Shown here: positions 10,529-20,022 of the stretch, piece by piece
How positions within the stretch are numbered: the first letter of the stretch is position 1
Layout: each line of letters opens with the position of its first letter
DNA from: a virus
IMG/VR virus record: IMGVR_UViG_3300032116_000033
Span: 70,894-134,893 of that record
Length of the DNA stretch: 64,000 nt
Reading direction: 5' to 3' (one strand)
Notes under the pieces: model-generated
Database searches by the model: none
The model's input: the letters and a program-made list of their open reading frames with translations, nothing else
What the model was told of the DNA's origin: nothing
Translations under genes and position numbers: made by a program

Positions 10529-11035
10529 CTAGGAGTCGAACCAGAACACGAACCTGAACTCGGTCTTGTTGCTGCAGCCCAGAAGAAGGTTCTCTGCCTT
10601 CTCCCAGTCGATGAGCTTGTTGACGTAGTCGATGGCCGAGTAGTCGATCCTCCAGGGTTGGTCGAAGGGGCCGATGTCAAGCGGTACGGTGTCAGACCAC
10701 TCGGGATCTTTTTTGACGATCTTGAAGTATCGGTCGAGCACGCGCTTAAGCTCCTTAGGCGTCAGCCACGACGAGCTGTGGAAGCCGCACTCGTGGGAGT
10801 CGGCCCACAGCTCGCTCACGAACTCGCACGTGCCTTCAGGTATGCCTCTTGCTGGATATATGGGGCTGTGGTAGGATCTTACGCCGGAAAGGAGACCGAA
10901 GAAGACGTAAGATCTTCCTTCGAGGGAGATGACCGAGCCGTAGTGATCGCTTTCTGGGCTTTTCTTGCCGTCCTCGAGCTGCCATGGACCTTTGTTCGTG
11001 CGTTTCTCCAGGAAGAAATGTACGTCTGTGCCCAC
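10529..11035 (-). CDS. Conserved-type phage hypothetical protein
   Basis: MG.D.H...E, R.Y..F..L.GVR, RG.P, HS.SWLT..EL and R.VFWFD pattern. Confidence 0.65.
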   Translation of the reverse strand: MGTDVHFFLEKRTNKGPWQLEDGKKSPESDHYGSVISLEGRSYVFFGLLSGVRSYHSPIYPARGIPEGTCEFVSELWADSHECGFHSSSWLTPKELKRVLDRYFKIVKKDPEWSDTVPLDIGPFDQPWRIDYSAIDYVNKLIDWEKAENLLLGCSNKTEFRFVFWFDS

Positions 11036-11048
11036 GTGCAGCCTCTTG

Positions 11049-11819
11049 TCAGTTGATTATGATGTAGTCAGCTTTGTCGGGTCTTTCCTTAAGATCCAGC
11101 TCTGCCTGCTTCTCTTTGCTTGCCTTGATGCTCTGTCTGCTGACTTCTTCGCTGAAGATCCCGTCTGGTGCATCGATCACGTCGACGATCTTGAGCCACC
11201 CATCGTTCGTTTCGGAAACGAGATCGGAGGCGATCCACATGGTCTCCTGGTCGAAATGGAGCTTAAACCACTTCTTTCCGTTTTCGCTTAGGGCATCGAA
11301 CCTTCTTCCTGCGATCATCACAGAGATCTCGTCCAGTCCTCTGCGGTCGATCTTGCGCATCTCTCTGGCCAGGATCTCTGCCATGTCTGCGGTGATAACT
11401 GCCTGCATCACGAACACCCTCGACGGGTGAAACAGAAGCAGCGAGTTCGGCATGGCGTACCGCTCGGTGCAGTGCGGCAGAAGCTGGAAGGCCATGGAAG
11501 CCGCCATCGTGCCTACGGCGCAGATCACCGGAACGTCTCTTGCTCTTGCGATATCAAGCGCTTGAGTCAGCTGATATCCCGCGAAGACGGATCCACCGGG
11601 CGAGTTGATGATCACGTAGATCGGGTCCTTAGACTTTGCCGAAAGACGCTCGATCTTGTGAGCCAGATCTATAGCGTTGCCGCCTATCGCACCGATGACG
11701 GCTACGGTTCTTTCTCCGCTAGGCACCTTGAGGTACGTCGGTCCCTTGTGCTTATCGGCAAGCGCCGAAGAAGCCACAAGACTGGCCACAAGCATTACAA
11801 ACAATCTTAATTTCTTCAT
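11049..11819 (-). CDS. ClpP-like serine protease with N-terminal signal peptide
   Basis: INSPGGSV, AASMAF (Ser), LLFHP (His); leader MKKLRLFVMLVASLVASSALA. Confidence 0.75.
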   Translation of the reverse strand: MKKLRLFVMLVASLVASSALADKHKGPTYLKVPSGERTVAVIGAIGGNAIDLAHKIERLSAKSKDPIYVIINSPGGSVFAGYQLTQALDIARARDVPVICAVGTMAASMAFQLLPHCTERYAMPNSLLLFHPSRVFVMQAVITADMAEILAREMRKIDRRGLDEISVMIAGRRFDALSENGKKWFKLHFDQETMWIASDLVSETNDGWLKIVDVIDAPDGIFSEEVSRQSIKASKEKQAELDLKERPDKADYIIIN

Positions 11820-11905
11820 GACTTCTCCATCCTTTAGTAAAAGCACCTAAAGGATGGTTATACTCGCTTTATTTAACTTTGCTCAAGGCCAACCAAGCAT
11901 CTTCT

Positions 11906-12760
11906 TCATCTGAGGAAGATCGCGCTTTTAAGCTCTTCGTACAGCAGCCAAGGATCTTCAATCTCAATTTGATTGCTTTTACGCATGTTGACTTTATGAT
12001 TCAAAGGGCGTAAGTTTCTAAGACTGTTCACTATTTTTACATCAAATACTTTGTTTTTTATAAACCAGTCAACAGGCAGGATATGGTCTATCGACCAACC
12101 TTCACGTCCATAGTTGCTCCAAGACATGTCTTCATTGAACTGGGCCTCTATGTGCTCTTTAAACTCTTTCCAAGAGTATCCGAGCATCTCTGTGGTTTTA
12201 TTTTTATTCTTAGTGATGCCGCCTGACTTACATACATTGGCCATAATGCCAGAGAGCATCTTTCTAGCCTTGACGCATTCTAAATAAAAATCCCTATCGT
12301 TGCTTATGAACCTGCCGTTTTTGACACTGCTACGTAGGCCTGAACTAAAGGAGCATGATCTGCACATCTTTGCGCCATGTGATTTCTTTTTGCCGCATTC
12401 GCATACATGCTTACCGGTCCAAGCAGGATTAGAAGAGCCTCTAGATCTAGCTGACATACGCTCAGCCTTGAGGATCTGGCACGAATCTTTGCTGCAGTAT
12501 TTTAATGAAGTTCTTACCGGATCTCCGCATGAGGCGCATTTGCCCTTTACCTTCTGGGTCTTACCGAACTTATCGCCCATCATCTTGCCGCGAATCTTAC
12601 CTATACACGACGCGCATCTTCCGTTCCAGGCAGGAAGATCGCGACTTATCTTTTCGTATTCTTTGTCGCATTCATCGCATTTAACACATATCTTGTCATA
12701 AGCTCTAGCTTCCTTGACATCATATCCTTTTACTTCTACTGTCTTTTCATATAATATCAT
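11906..12760 (-). CDS. HNH homing-type endonuclease with N-terminal Zn fingers
   Basis: Multiple CxxC; MSW.NYG..W.IDHI.P...N...NLRPL....N..K. Confidence 0.85.
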   Translation of the reverse strand: MILYEKTVEVKGYDVKEARAYDKICVKCDECDKEYEKISRDLPAWNGRCASCIGKIRGKMMGDKFGKTQKVKGKCASCGDPVRTSLKYCSKDSCQILKAERMSARSRGSSNPAWTGKHVCECGKKKSHGAKMCRSCSFSSGLRSSVKNGRFISNDRDFYLECVKARKMLSGIMANVCKSGGITKNKNKTTEMLGYSWKEFKEHIEAQFNEDMSWSNYGREGWSIDHILPVDWFIKNKVFDVKIVNSLRNLRPLNHKVNMRKSNQIEIEDPWLLYEELKSAIFLR

Positions 12761-12794
12761 TAGATTTTCTCCATGAGATCTAATGATATTATAT
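12749..12794 (-). promoter_or_regulatory. 17-bp perfect hairpin covering the HNH start codon, with TATAAT in its upstream arm
   Basis: ATATAATATCATTAGAT (12749-12765) pairs with ATCTAATGATATTATAT (12778-12794); GGAGA RBS in the loop. Confidence 0.7.
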
Positions 12795-12807
12795 CAGATC
12801 ATTAGAC

Positions 12808-13578
12808 CTAAATGCCAAGCATCTTCTTCATCTGAGGAAGATCGCGCTCGTAGATGTGCATGGAGTGCGCAGTGTGGGTGTAGGTGCCTTTGGTTAAGTT
12901 AGGGTACGTTGGTTTGAGCTCTTGAACCAGTCGATCCATCAGGCCGACGAACCACGACAGGTCATACACCAACCCCTTGGACAAATCGTTACTCCTCATA
13001 ACTATCGATAAACTCAGGCGATCTTCGCGAATAAGCCAGTTGCCATGCAGGGTGCACACCTGATCCTTGTTTCCGACCCAGCGGTGCTCAGGTAGAGCGA
13101 ATGCCATAACGGCTTGCCGCGTGTCTTTGTCGGCGATGAGGGCCTGCTTGGCCCATTCCCAGGGAGTACGGTGCGCTTCGCTGAACAGCGGAAACTTCCC
13201 GTCATACGGATCGCCGAACTCGTAGAGTGCGTTGCCTTGACTGGCGTTCTTCCAGATCAGGTACCCGTAAGCAGAGTTGATCGTCCCGTCTGGGTTAGCG
13301 ATCTTCTCCCAGAACTTAGAAGCCTTGGCGAAGTCCTCGACCGAGTTAGAGCAGGAATCGTACAGATCCATCTCTTTTGCCGTGTACTCGGCGATCACTC
13401 GGTTGCGCTCTGGGTCTCTGGTGACGACGGGCTCTGAGACAGGAGACGTGACCCTGAACGTGTAGTCGGTCTTCTCGAGGATCTTCTGCCCGCGCGGGGC
13501 ACACACGAAGTCTGGGTTCTCGAGCACGTCTTCTATGGTGCCTAGGTACGCTTCATGGATGTTGCCGTAGATCTTCAT
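12808..13578 (-). CDS. ThyA-superfamily enzyme, dCMP hydroxymethylase (T4 gp42)-like
   Basis: INSAYG, DTRQAV, catalytic VCT, MRSNDLSKGLVYD (Asp at the Asn/Asp specificity site), HSMHIY. Confidence 0.75.
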   Translation of the reverse strand: MKIYGNIHEAYLGTIEDVLENPDFVCAPRGQKILEKTDYTFRVTSPVSEPVVTRDPERNRVIAEYTAKEMDLYDSCSNSVEDFAKASKFWEKIANPDGTINSAYGYLIWKNASQGNALYEFGDPYDGKFPLFSEAHRTPWEWAKQALIADKDTRQAVMAFALPEHRWVGNKDQVCTLHGNWLIREDRLSLSIVMRSNDLSKGLVYDLSWFVGLMDRLVQELKPTYPNLTKGTYTHTAHSMHIYERDLPQMKKMLGI

Positions 13579-14182
13579 CGCTCACTCCTTCCTGTCGATC
13601 CCGCAGTGCTTGCAGGCTTCTTTAACAAAGTTGAAGGAGACGTTCACCCACTCGTGCTTGCAGACCTCGGCGTCGCCTTCTTTCCAGTACTTGGAGAAGT
13701 ACTGGTCCATGGGGGAGCTGCCGTGGCCGGTGTCGCGGTCCAGCTCGTCCAGGTACCAGGTGTAGCCCGGCGAGTACGGGATGTTGATCTTGCTCTCAGA
13801 GTCAGACATCGCTTTATCCTCACTCGTATAGTTCGTCGTCGGCCCGCATCATCATCTCCTGCTTCAGGAACTCGAGTATGCCGATCCACTCGAGGTAGTT
13901 GGTGCCCGCAGGGATGAACTTGTACTGATGTATACCGCTGTCGTTCTTGCCGTTGATTATCAGCATCATGCTGTCGATGTCGTCTCGCTCGATGTGGTCC
14001 TTGATCGCCGGGATGATCTCGCTGAGCATTTCCTGGACCTTGCCGATGTCTCTGAGTGTCATGTTTGCCTCTGTTAGATGGCGTTGTTGCCGTGTTTCTC
14101 GCTTATGAAGGTCAGCGCCTCTCGGATGTACGAGAGCTCGTTTCCTGCGTCTTCGGCGTACAGCGTGAGCACGTAGCCGTAC

Positions 14183-14692
14183 TCACTGTGAAAGACGTTG
14201 GCCCCGTTGTCCTCCGACGGCTGCACGTAGAGCTTGTGGTTCAGTCGGTTCGCGATCAGGTTCACCTTTGACACCAGGGATTCGCTTGTCATGCTGTGCT
14301 CCATCAAGTGAGTCTGCGATCTTGTTTGAGTATCTTATGGCCGCTCTCTCGTGCGGCCTTCGGCTCCAGGGCATCTTGTTTATGCTGCTCAGCTTCTTGT
14401 TCTTGTAGGTCCACCCGGAGCTGGTGCGGCGTATGGCCCCGCTGCGGACCTGGTAGAGGTGGTACGTCTCGTGCGCGACCGTCTTCACCATGTCCCTGTC
14501 GGTCGTTTCGGGGCAGAGCCTGACGACGATCAGGTCTCTGTCGAAGAATATTACCCCGGTCGTGTCGAGGCTTCGCTTGCACCAGCTCGGCCAGCGGTCG
14601 ACGACCACGACCTCTGCAGGAGCGATTCCGAGCGACATGCACATCAGTCTGTGCCATGCTTTTGCCTCTGCGGTCTTCTTTCTCAGCAGCAT
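14183..14692 (-). CDS. Putative Zn metallopeptidase (HExxH)
   Basis: VAHETYHLYQ plus downstream PHERAA. Confidence 0.55.
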   Translation of the reverse strand: MLLRKKTAEAKAWHRLMCMSLGIAPAEVVVVDRWPSWCKRSLDTTGVIFFDRDLIVVRLCPETTDRDMVKTVAHETYHLYQVRSGAIRRTSSGWTYKNKKLSSINKMPWSRRPHERAAIRYSNKIADSLDGAQHDKRIPGVKGEPDREPTEPQALRAAVGGQRGQRLSQ

Positions 14693-15055
14693 CTCTAACC
14701 TCGTCTAGTTGCATCGACCCACGATCTTCATCCTGTCGTTGCCGTCTTTCGGCACGAGGATCAGGCAGTCGCCTACGTCCACACCTCTCATCGCGTGGTC
14801 GTTGCTGAGTATCAGCGATTTCTTAAGCGTCTTGAGATCGACCACCGCGACACGATACTTGGCCTCGTCGTCGGGTCTCTTGGGCAGATTTATCGCTATA
14901 AAGAGCACTATGACCTTCACAGTCTTCCTCCCTTCTTTATGTTTTCGTAAAAACTACGCATACTCTGCTTATAGCGCTGCATCCTACACAGCTCTGAGCA
15001 TGTCTTGTAGTTAGACTGCTTTGCGATAAAGCTAAGGCCGCACACTGCGCAAGCT

Positions 15056-15442
15056 TTATTCATCGCTTAGGTCGCCTACGGCTTGCTCGATCTGGGAGGT
15101 CCAGACGCCGTACCCGTAGCGGCGCTTCGTGAGTTTCTTTAAGATCTGACCGCCGCGGTTGTAGATGTGCGTGAATATGAAGGTGGACTCTTTCACCGAG
15201 CGACCGTCCTCGGTGCGGTAGTCTGGGTTGTAGTTGCTGAGCGCGACGCAGACCTCCATGAGGAGGTACTGGCGGATGTCGCGTATGCTCATACCGGTGT
15301 TGCCGAGGGCCACGTCCTGCTTGTGGGGTGAGAGCGAGGCCTCGTTCCAGTTTTTGAGCACCGACTTTCGTATGTACGAGTCGACCATCGGCATGTACTT
15401 CTTGATGTCTTCGTCAGTTAGAGTTCTTTTTATCTTTGTCAT
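15056..15442 (-). CDS. Sigma-70 region-2-like small protein
   Basis: Y.PMV....., DI.Q.L...V..AL..Y.P, STF...HI.NR pattern; no region 4. Confidence 0.5.
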   Translation of the reverse strand: MTKIKRTLTDEDIKKYMPMVDSYIRKSVLKNWNEASLSPHKQDVALGNTGMSIRDIRQYLLMEVCVALSNYNPDYRTEDGRSVKESTFIFTHIYNRGGQILKKLTKRRYGYGVWTSQIEQAVGDLSDE

Positions 15443-15986
15443 GCTTCACCTTTAAGAGGTTGTCTTTTTCCCACAACGGTCGAAGGTTCGTGTAGTGACA
15501 CGCTTGCCTGAGCTGCTCATGCACCGAGAGATCGAAGCTGCACAGCGGCACGGCGTGGTCTATGTTCCATCTGTCTTTGCCTTTGCCGTAGTTCTCCCAG
15601 GACATGCCTGGTTCCCACAGTTTCTCTAGATGAGACCTGAGCTCCTCGATCGAGCACCCAAGATCGGCTACGGCAGATCCGTCTTTGGATCGGTTTCTGA
15701 TCGCGTTGGCGAGCCTGCTCCTGAGGTTGCAGGAGATCTTGAAGCTTAGGTCCGACTCGAGCTTCTGGCGCCGCTTCTCGTAGAGGTCCTGCTTGTTTCT
15801 CTGGAACCATCTCGCCTTGGTCTCTGCGACCCTGTCGCTGTTTTTTGCATGCCACTCCGCAGAGCTTTGCTTGGCTTTTTCTTTGTTCTTGGCGTACCAC
15901 TCTTTCTTGTTGCATCCGGCGCACTGGGTCTTGTTCTTGTACCATCTCGACGACTCGACCCGGTCGCAGTAGAGGCACCTGGTCAT
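15414..15986 (-). CDS. HNH homing-type endonuclease
   Basis: LRSRL, LGCSIEEL, GMSWENYG, WNIDH..P, ACHYTNLRPLW. Confidence 0.85.
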   Translation of the reverse strand: MTRCLYCDRVESSRWYKNKTQCAGCNKKEWYAKNKEKAKQSSAEWHAKNSDRVAETKARWFQRNKQDLYEKRRQKLESDLSFKISCNLRSRLANAIRNRSKDGSAVADLGCSIEELRSHLEKLWEPGMSWENYGKGKDRWNIDHAVPLCSFDLSVHEQLRQACHYTNLRPLWEKDNLLKVKHDKDKKNSN

Positions 15987-16486
15987 GTCTTCTTCGCCTC
16001 GAAGGCGGCGATCTTGCCGAAGACTACGTTTATGGTCTCTTCGTTGAGCTTGTCAGGATCGATCAGACCGGCGCGCAGTATGAGCTCGGAGAGCCTCTCG
16101 TCCGATGTCGCGATCCTGAACACGTTATCGCGTCTCAGGAGGTTCTTGAACGCCTGTTTCTGTTCCTTGACCTTCTTTGTCTTGCTTGAGCTTCTCTTGA
16201 GGTCCATCCATCTCATGAGGATGCGATCTCCGGCCAGCTCCACGAAGAACTTGACCAGATCGTACATAGATGTCTTGACCTCGGAGTTGGAGGCGAAATG
16301 ATCGTAGATCACCTTCACGTAGAGGGACCCGTCGTCGACCTCGCTGAACTCTTTGAGCCACGGCGTGTAAGAGTGAGACAAGCGCAGATCGCCGAAGTAT
16401 TCGTGGAAGATGATGGTCGCGATATTTTCCTGCTCGAGCGTTTGGCTCTCTACGTACCTGATTGCCTCGATCATAGACGATACCAT
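15983..16486 (-). CDS. Hypothetical protein
   Basis: ORF in operon context. Confidence 0.55.
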   Translation of the reverse strand: MVSSMIEAIRYVESQTLEQENIATIIFHEYFGDLRLSHSYTPWLKEFSEVDDGSLYVKVIYDHFASNSEVKTSMYDLVKFFVELAGDRILMRWMDLKRSSSKTKKVKEQKQAFKNLLRRDNVFRIATSDERLSELILRAGLIDPDKLNEETINVVFGKIAAFEAKKT

Positions 16487-16487
16487 G

Positions 16488-17234
16488 TCACAACCTCGAT
16501 ATCTTGTATATGGGTTTGTTGCTTCTGGCTATGGCTTTGATGTGTATGAGATTTATCTTGGCGAGATGGTAGTTCGACCCGCTGCCGGACGCGACCTGCG
16601 ACACCAGGCTCGCCACGTCGAACATCGCTTCCGAGGATCGGATGCGCCACTGGTTCGACCTGATCTTGGTCTCTAGGGCCCCACAGATAAGATCTCGCCA
16701 GTACTTTTGGCCCTTGCGGCGTCGCTCGCACGGTACGTCCAGGAGATCTGCAAGGTCTGATAATCGCTGAATATCTTCTGTGTCCAGCTCAGACGGTGTG
16801 TATATGTTATCGCACGCTTTTTCTAAGACGTAGTCGATGATCTTGGACTCGCTTGTGTCGAGCTTGGAGATCAAGATGTCGGACTCTTTGACCACTGCGC
16901 CTTTGTTCGTGTTGTACGAGAAGCATCCGTCGCTGAGATCGACCTTCAGGGATCTGTTGAACATGGACCTGTAGGCAGAGCAAATTGTCGTACTATCTTC
17001 CTCGAAGATCTCGTTTCGACCGTACATCACGTGTGCTATCAGCTTGTCTAGGCCTAAGTAGAATGAGCCGGATTTACACATCTTGGTCATGAAGGGTCTT
17101 ACCTGGTCTCTGGTCAGGACGAACGACTGGTCGAGTTTAGAGAGCTCGTCTAACACCGGGCACTGGAACGGCTCGACCATCTGCGATATTGGGTCTAGAC
17201 TGTCGTATGTCTCGTCGGCGAACAAGGCAACCAT
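16488..17234 (-). CDS. Hypothetical protein (248 aa)
   Basis: GGAGGAG RBS, long ORF. Confidence 0.6.
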   Translation of the reverse strand: MVALFADETYDSLDPISQMVEPFQCPVLDELSKLDQSFVLTRDQVRPFMTKMCKSGSFYLGLDKLIAHVMYGRNEIFEEDSTTICSAYRSMFNRSLKVDLSDGCFSYNTNKGAVVKESDILISKLDTSESKIIDYVLEKACDNIYTPSELDTEDIQRLSDLADLLDVPCERRRKGQKYWRDLICGALETKIRSNQWRIRSSEAMFDVASLVSQVASGSGSNYHLAKINLIHIKAIARSNKPIYKISRL

Positions 17235-17802
17235 GGCTCCTCCGTGGATCGGGTGAAAGTGACACGATCGCTATTTTGTCCATTGCGATGGACAAAATGC
17301 ACGCTTATGATCACTATATTGGTCATTATGACGTATAGGCTGCATCATCGAATAGGATCGGGATTGACCGAGAGTCAGGCAGTGATATCGCCGCTTATCA
17401 GCGCTTGGATCGCGATATCGGCCTCGTGCGTCTCGGCCATCAGAGTGATGTCATGTTTGTTGATCATCAGAAAGTGCCTGTCTTTGAGGGCCACCACTAT
17501 CAAGTCGTAGCCTGCATTCTTGTCGCTGATCAGGCGGGCGTTCTCTAGCTTTAGGAGCTGTCTCAGTCTTTTGGTGTAGACATTGAGCGCTTCCTTCTCG
17601 GAGTTGACGGCGCGAAACTGCTCCTTGAGGAGTCTGATCCTGCTTGACCAGGGGCTCCACCCCTTTAAGGTCTCGTAATAGTAGATCTTGCTGCGTATCT
17701 TTCCTCTTCTGGAGGCCCAGATGTTTCGCTTGTTGACTATCCAACAGATCTCTGATAAGTTGGGATTCATGGTCTTGCCTTATCTAGGGTTCGCGGTGTC
17801 GT

Positions 17803-18306
17803 TTACACACTAACAGTCGCGTCGATGATCATCTCGCTGAGATAGATGTTGAGTAGATCGTAAGGTGTGAGGTCATATTTTGCAGCATAAGCAGCATAAG
17901 CAGCAGCAGCAGCATCAGCATAAGCATAAGCAGCATAAGCAGCATCAGCAACAGCATCATCAGCAGCAGCATCATCAGCAGCATCAGCAGCAGCATCAGC
18001 AGCAGCATAAGCAGCAGCAGCAGCATAAGCAGCAGCAGCATCAGCAGCAGCATCATCAGCAGCAGCATAAGCAGCAGCAGCAGCAGCATAAGCATCAGCA
18101 TAAGCAGCATAAGCAGCATTAGCAGCATTAGCAGCATTAGCAGCATAAGCAGCCTCGCTAGGATCTAGTATCCACTTCTCTGCTGCTTGTATAGCTGCTG
18201 CGACCCTAGGGTCAGTGTTTATATGCTGTACCCTCTTAGCGCACCATACCGCAAACTTAACGCAGTCCATCTGACTCCAAGTAGATAGAATCTTTTTAAT
18301 TTCCAT
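17803..18306 (-). CDS. Phage protein with Ala-rich low-complexity tract (Imm5-like N-terminus)
   Basis: FAVWCA.RV.H...DPRV..AI.AA..W followed by an A/Y/D/N repeat. Confidence 0.6.
   Translation of the reverse strand: MEIKKILSTWSQMDCVKFAVWCAKRVQHINTDPRVAAAIQAAEKWILDPSEAAYAANAANAANAAYAAYADAYAAAAAAYAAADDAAADAAAAYAAAAAYAAADAAADAADDAAADDAVADAAYAAYAYADAAAAAYAAYAAKYDLTPYDLLNIYLSEMIIDATVSV
17880..18153. repeat. Imperfect trinucleotide (GCT)n tract interrupted by TAT/GAT/AAT
   Basis: About 270 bp of agc/atc/ata/att triplets on the + strand. Confidence 0.95.
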
Positions 18307-19174
18307 GATTCACTCCGGCACGCTGAAGCCAAGCTCCTTGGCCTTCTTGACCGACAGCGACCCGCGAGCCTCACCTGGGCGCTTGGTGCGCTCCACGCCG
18401 TAGCGCTCGAAGTTCACCCACTTGCCATCTAGCTCGACGAGCTGGTAGACGATGCCCTGATCGTCCTGAAAAGCGTGGTTGACGCCGTACTCCTTGACCA
18501 AAGCCTCGACAGCGGTCTTGTAGTCGTCGAAGAATCGCTTGATCTCTTCGCGCCGACGGTCCAGAAGAATAAGCTGAGCGTGCAACGGTGACATATCACT
18601 CTCCTTTGCTGTTGATCTTTTCGACGTAGAGATGCGCGACCTGAAACGCTTGATCGAGCGTCATCCTCGTGCTTCGTTTGAAATCTTCGTTTCGGTACAC
18701 GACACTAGGCATCGTGCAGAACTCAAGGTCAGGATAGAGAACTTCGTCGCGCTCGTTGAAGATCGAGAAACATCTCGCTTCCTTGGTGGCGATCTTGCGG
18801 ATCCATATACCGTACTTCTTGGAGAATAGGAACTCGGTGGCCATGCCGAGCATGGCTTTGTTGTCGTACTTCACGATGTGTCCCTCGATTATTTTGGAGG
18901 AGTTTCTTGATCTTTATCGGATCGGATGATCTTAAGGTTGGAGCGTTTATGCTTCTTGGCAGACGAGCCCGCTACGGTGAAGTCTTTTGCGGAGCCTGCG
19001 ATGTACTCGAGGTACGTGCGGTGGGTCTTCTCGATCTCCTTCATGGCGACGTCGTACATCTTGGCGATCTGCTTCCTGGCGCGTATGCTTGCGATAAGAT
19101 ATCCGGCGACGTAGGCCGAAACACCGATGCACATAGTCAGCACTATCAGAGAAGCGACTCCTGCGTACTCCATG

Positions 19175-19687
19175 TTAATCTCCGTTGCTTGAGTTTTCTT
19201 CAAACCTTACATACAGCAGAGCTGCGAGCTCGTCTTCGGTGATCTCGGCCTTCTTCAGGCGCTTCTTCCATTCCTTGATCTTCTTCTCGTCGGCGTTGTG
19301 GCGGCCTCTGTTTAGGTGCTCAGGAATGGCTCTAGTGTTCTTGCAGCTGTAGCCCTCTGAGTTGTCCTTGCGGTCCGGCGAAAGTTTCTGTCCGTTCTTC
19401 TTCTCGGCCCTCTGGTGGCGATCGGATATGTCGCTCCAGTCTCCGTTTCCTTTGGAGGTCCCAGGTGCGGTGCCGTTCTTGCCCTTCTGGCGTCGGGTGG
19501 CGTCGTCGGCCTTACGCCAGGCACGCTCTTTTGTACCAGCAGTGTGGCGCAGTCTTGTGAGCTTGTCCATGCACGACTTGCAGCGCGAGCCCTTAGATCC
19601 GCCGGAAACTTCGGTACCGCAGCGGACGCACTTAGACTTAACGAGTTCCTCTACCAAGTCCCATATTCTTTCGTCTAGATCGCTCAT
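19175..19687 (-). CDS. Zn-ribbon protein with a degenerate HNH-like motif
   Basis: CVRC..CKSC; LSPDRKDNSEGY..KN.R.....LN. Confidence 0.45.
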   Translation of the reverse strand: MSDLDERIWDLVEELVKSKCVRCGTEVSGGSKGSRCKSCMDKLTRLRHTAGTKERAWRKADDATRRQKGKNGTAPGTSKGNGDWSDISDRHQRAEKKNGQKLSPDRKDNSEGYSCKNTRAIPEHLNRGRHNADEKKIKEWKKRLKKAEITEDELAALLYVRFEENSSNGD

Positions 19688-20022
19688 TTTATCCCTCGGG
19701 CAAGATCGGTGCTATAATATTTTACCCCAAGAGTGTGCTCTAGATGGTCTGTATGCTTTTTATCTCTTGTATCAAGAGTTTAATCTGCCTGATCTGAAGC
19801 CTACGTATGAGGTTTGCGTCGGCGATCTTGAGCTTGAAGAGAACCCTAGACGCACCGATGAGCACGTCCTCGCTGATCATCAGCTTACCTCTGTCGGAGA
19901 GAAGGAATCGATCATCCTTGTCTGAAGGTCGTACATCGTCTGGCGAGACACGATCTTGAGCTGGATGAGCGTGGATGCTGCGAGTAGCACGGTCCTGTAG
20001 GACCCGAGGCTGCGGATCTCGT

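Larger units (their letters stand above)
11893..12848. mobile_element. HNH endonuclease cassette flanked by a 34-bp direct repeat (11893-11926 and 12815-12848)
   Basis: Identical CCAAGCATCTTCTTCATCTGAGGAAGATCGCGCT at both ends; interior visibly more AT-rich. Confidence 0.85.

Noticed and set aside
15400-15995. Terminus duplication around the 15414 HNH
   Set aside because: Only ATGAC is shared with the downstream start, too short to support
17829-18146. Poly-Leu/Met and poly-Gln/His ORFs
   Set aside because: Alternative frames of the GCT repeat; only the Ala frame has sensible flanking domains
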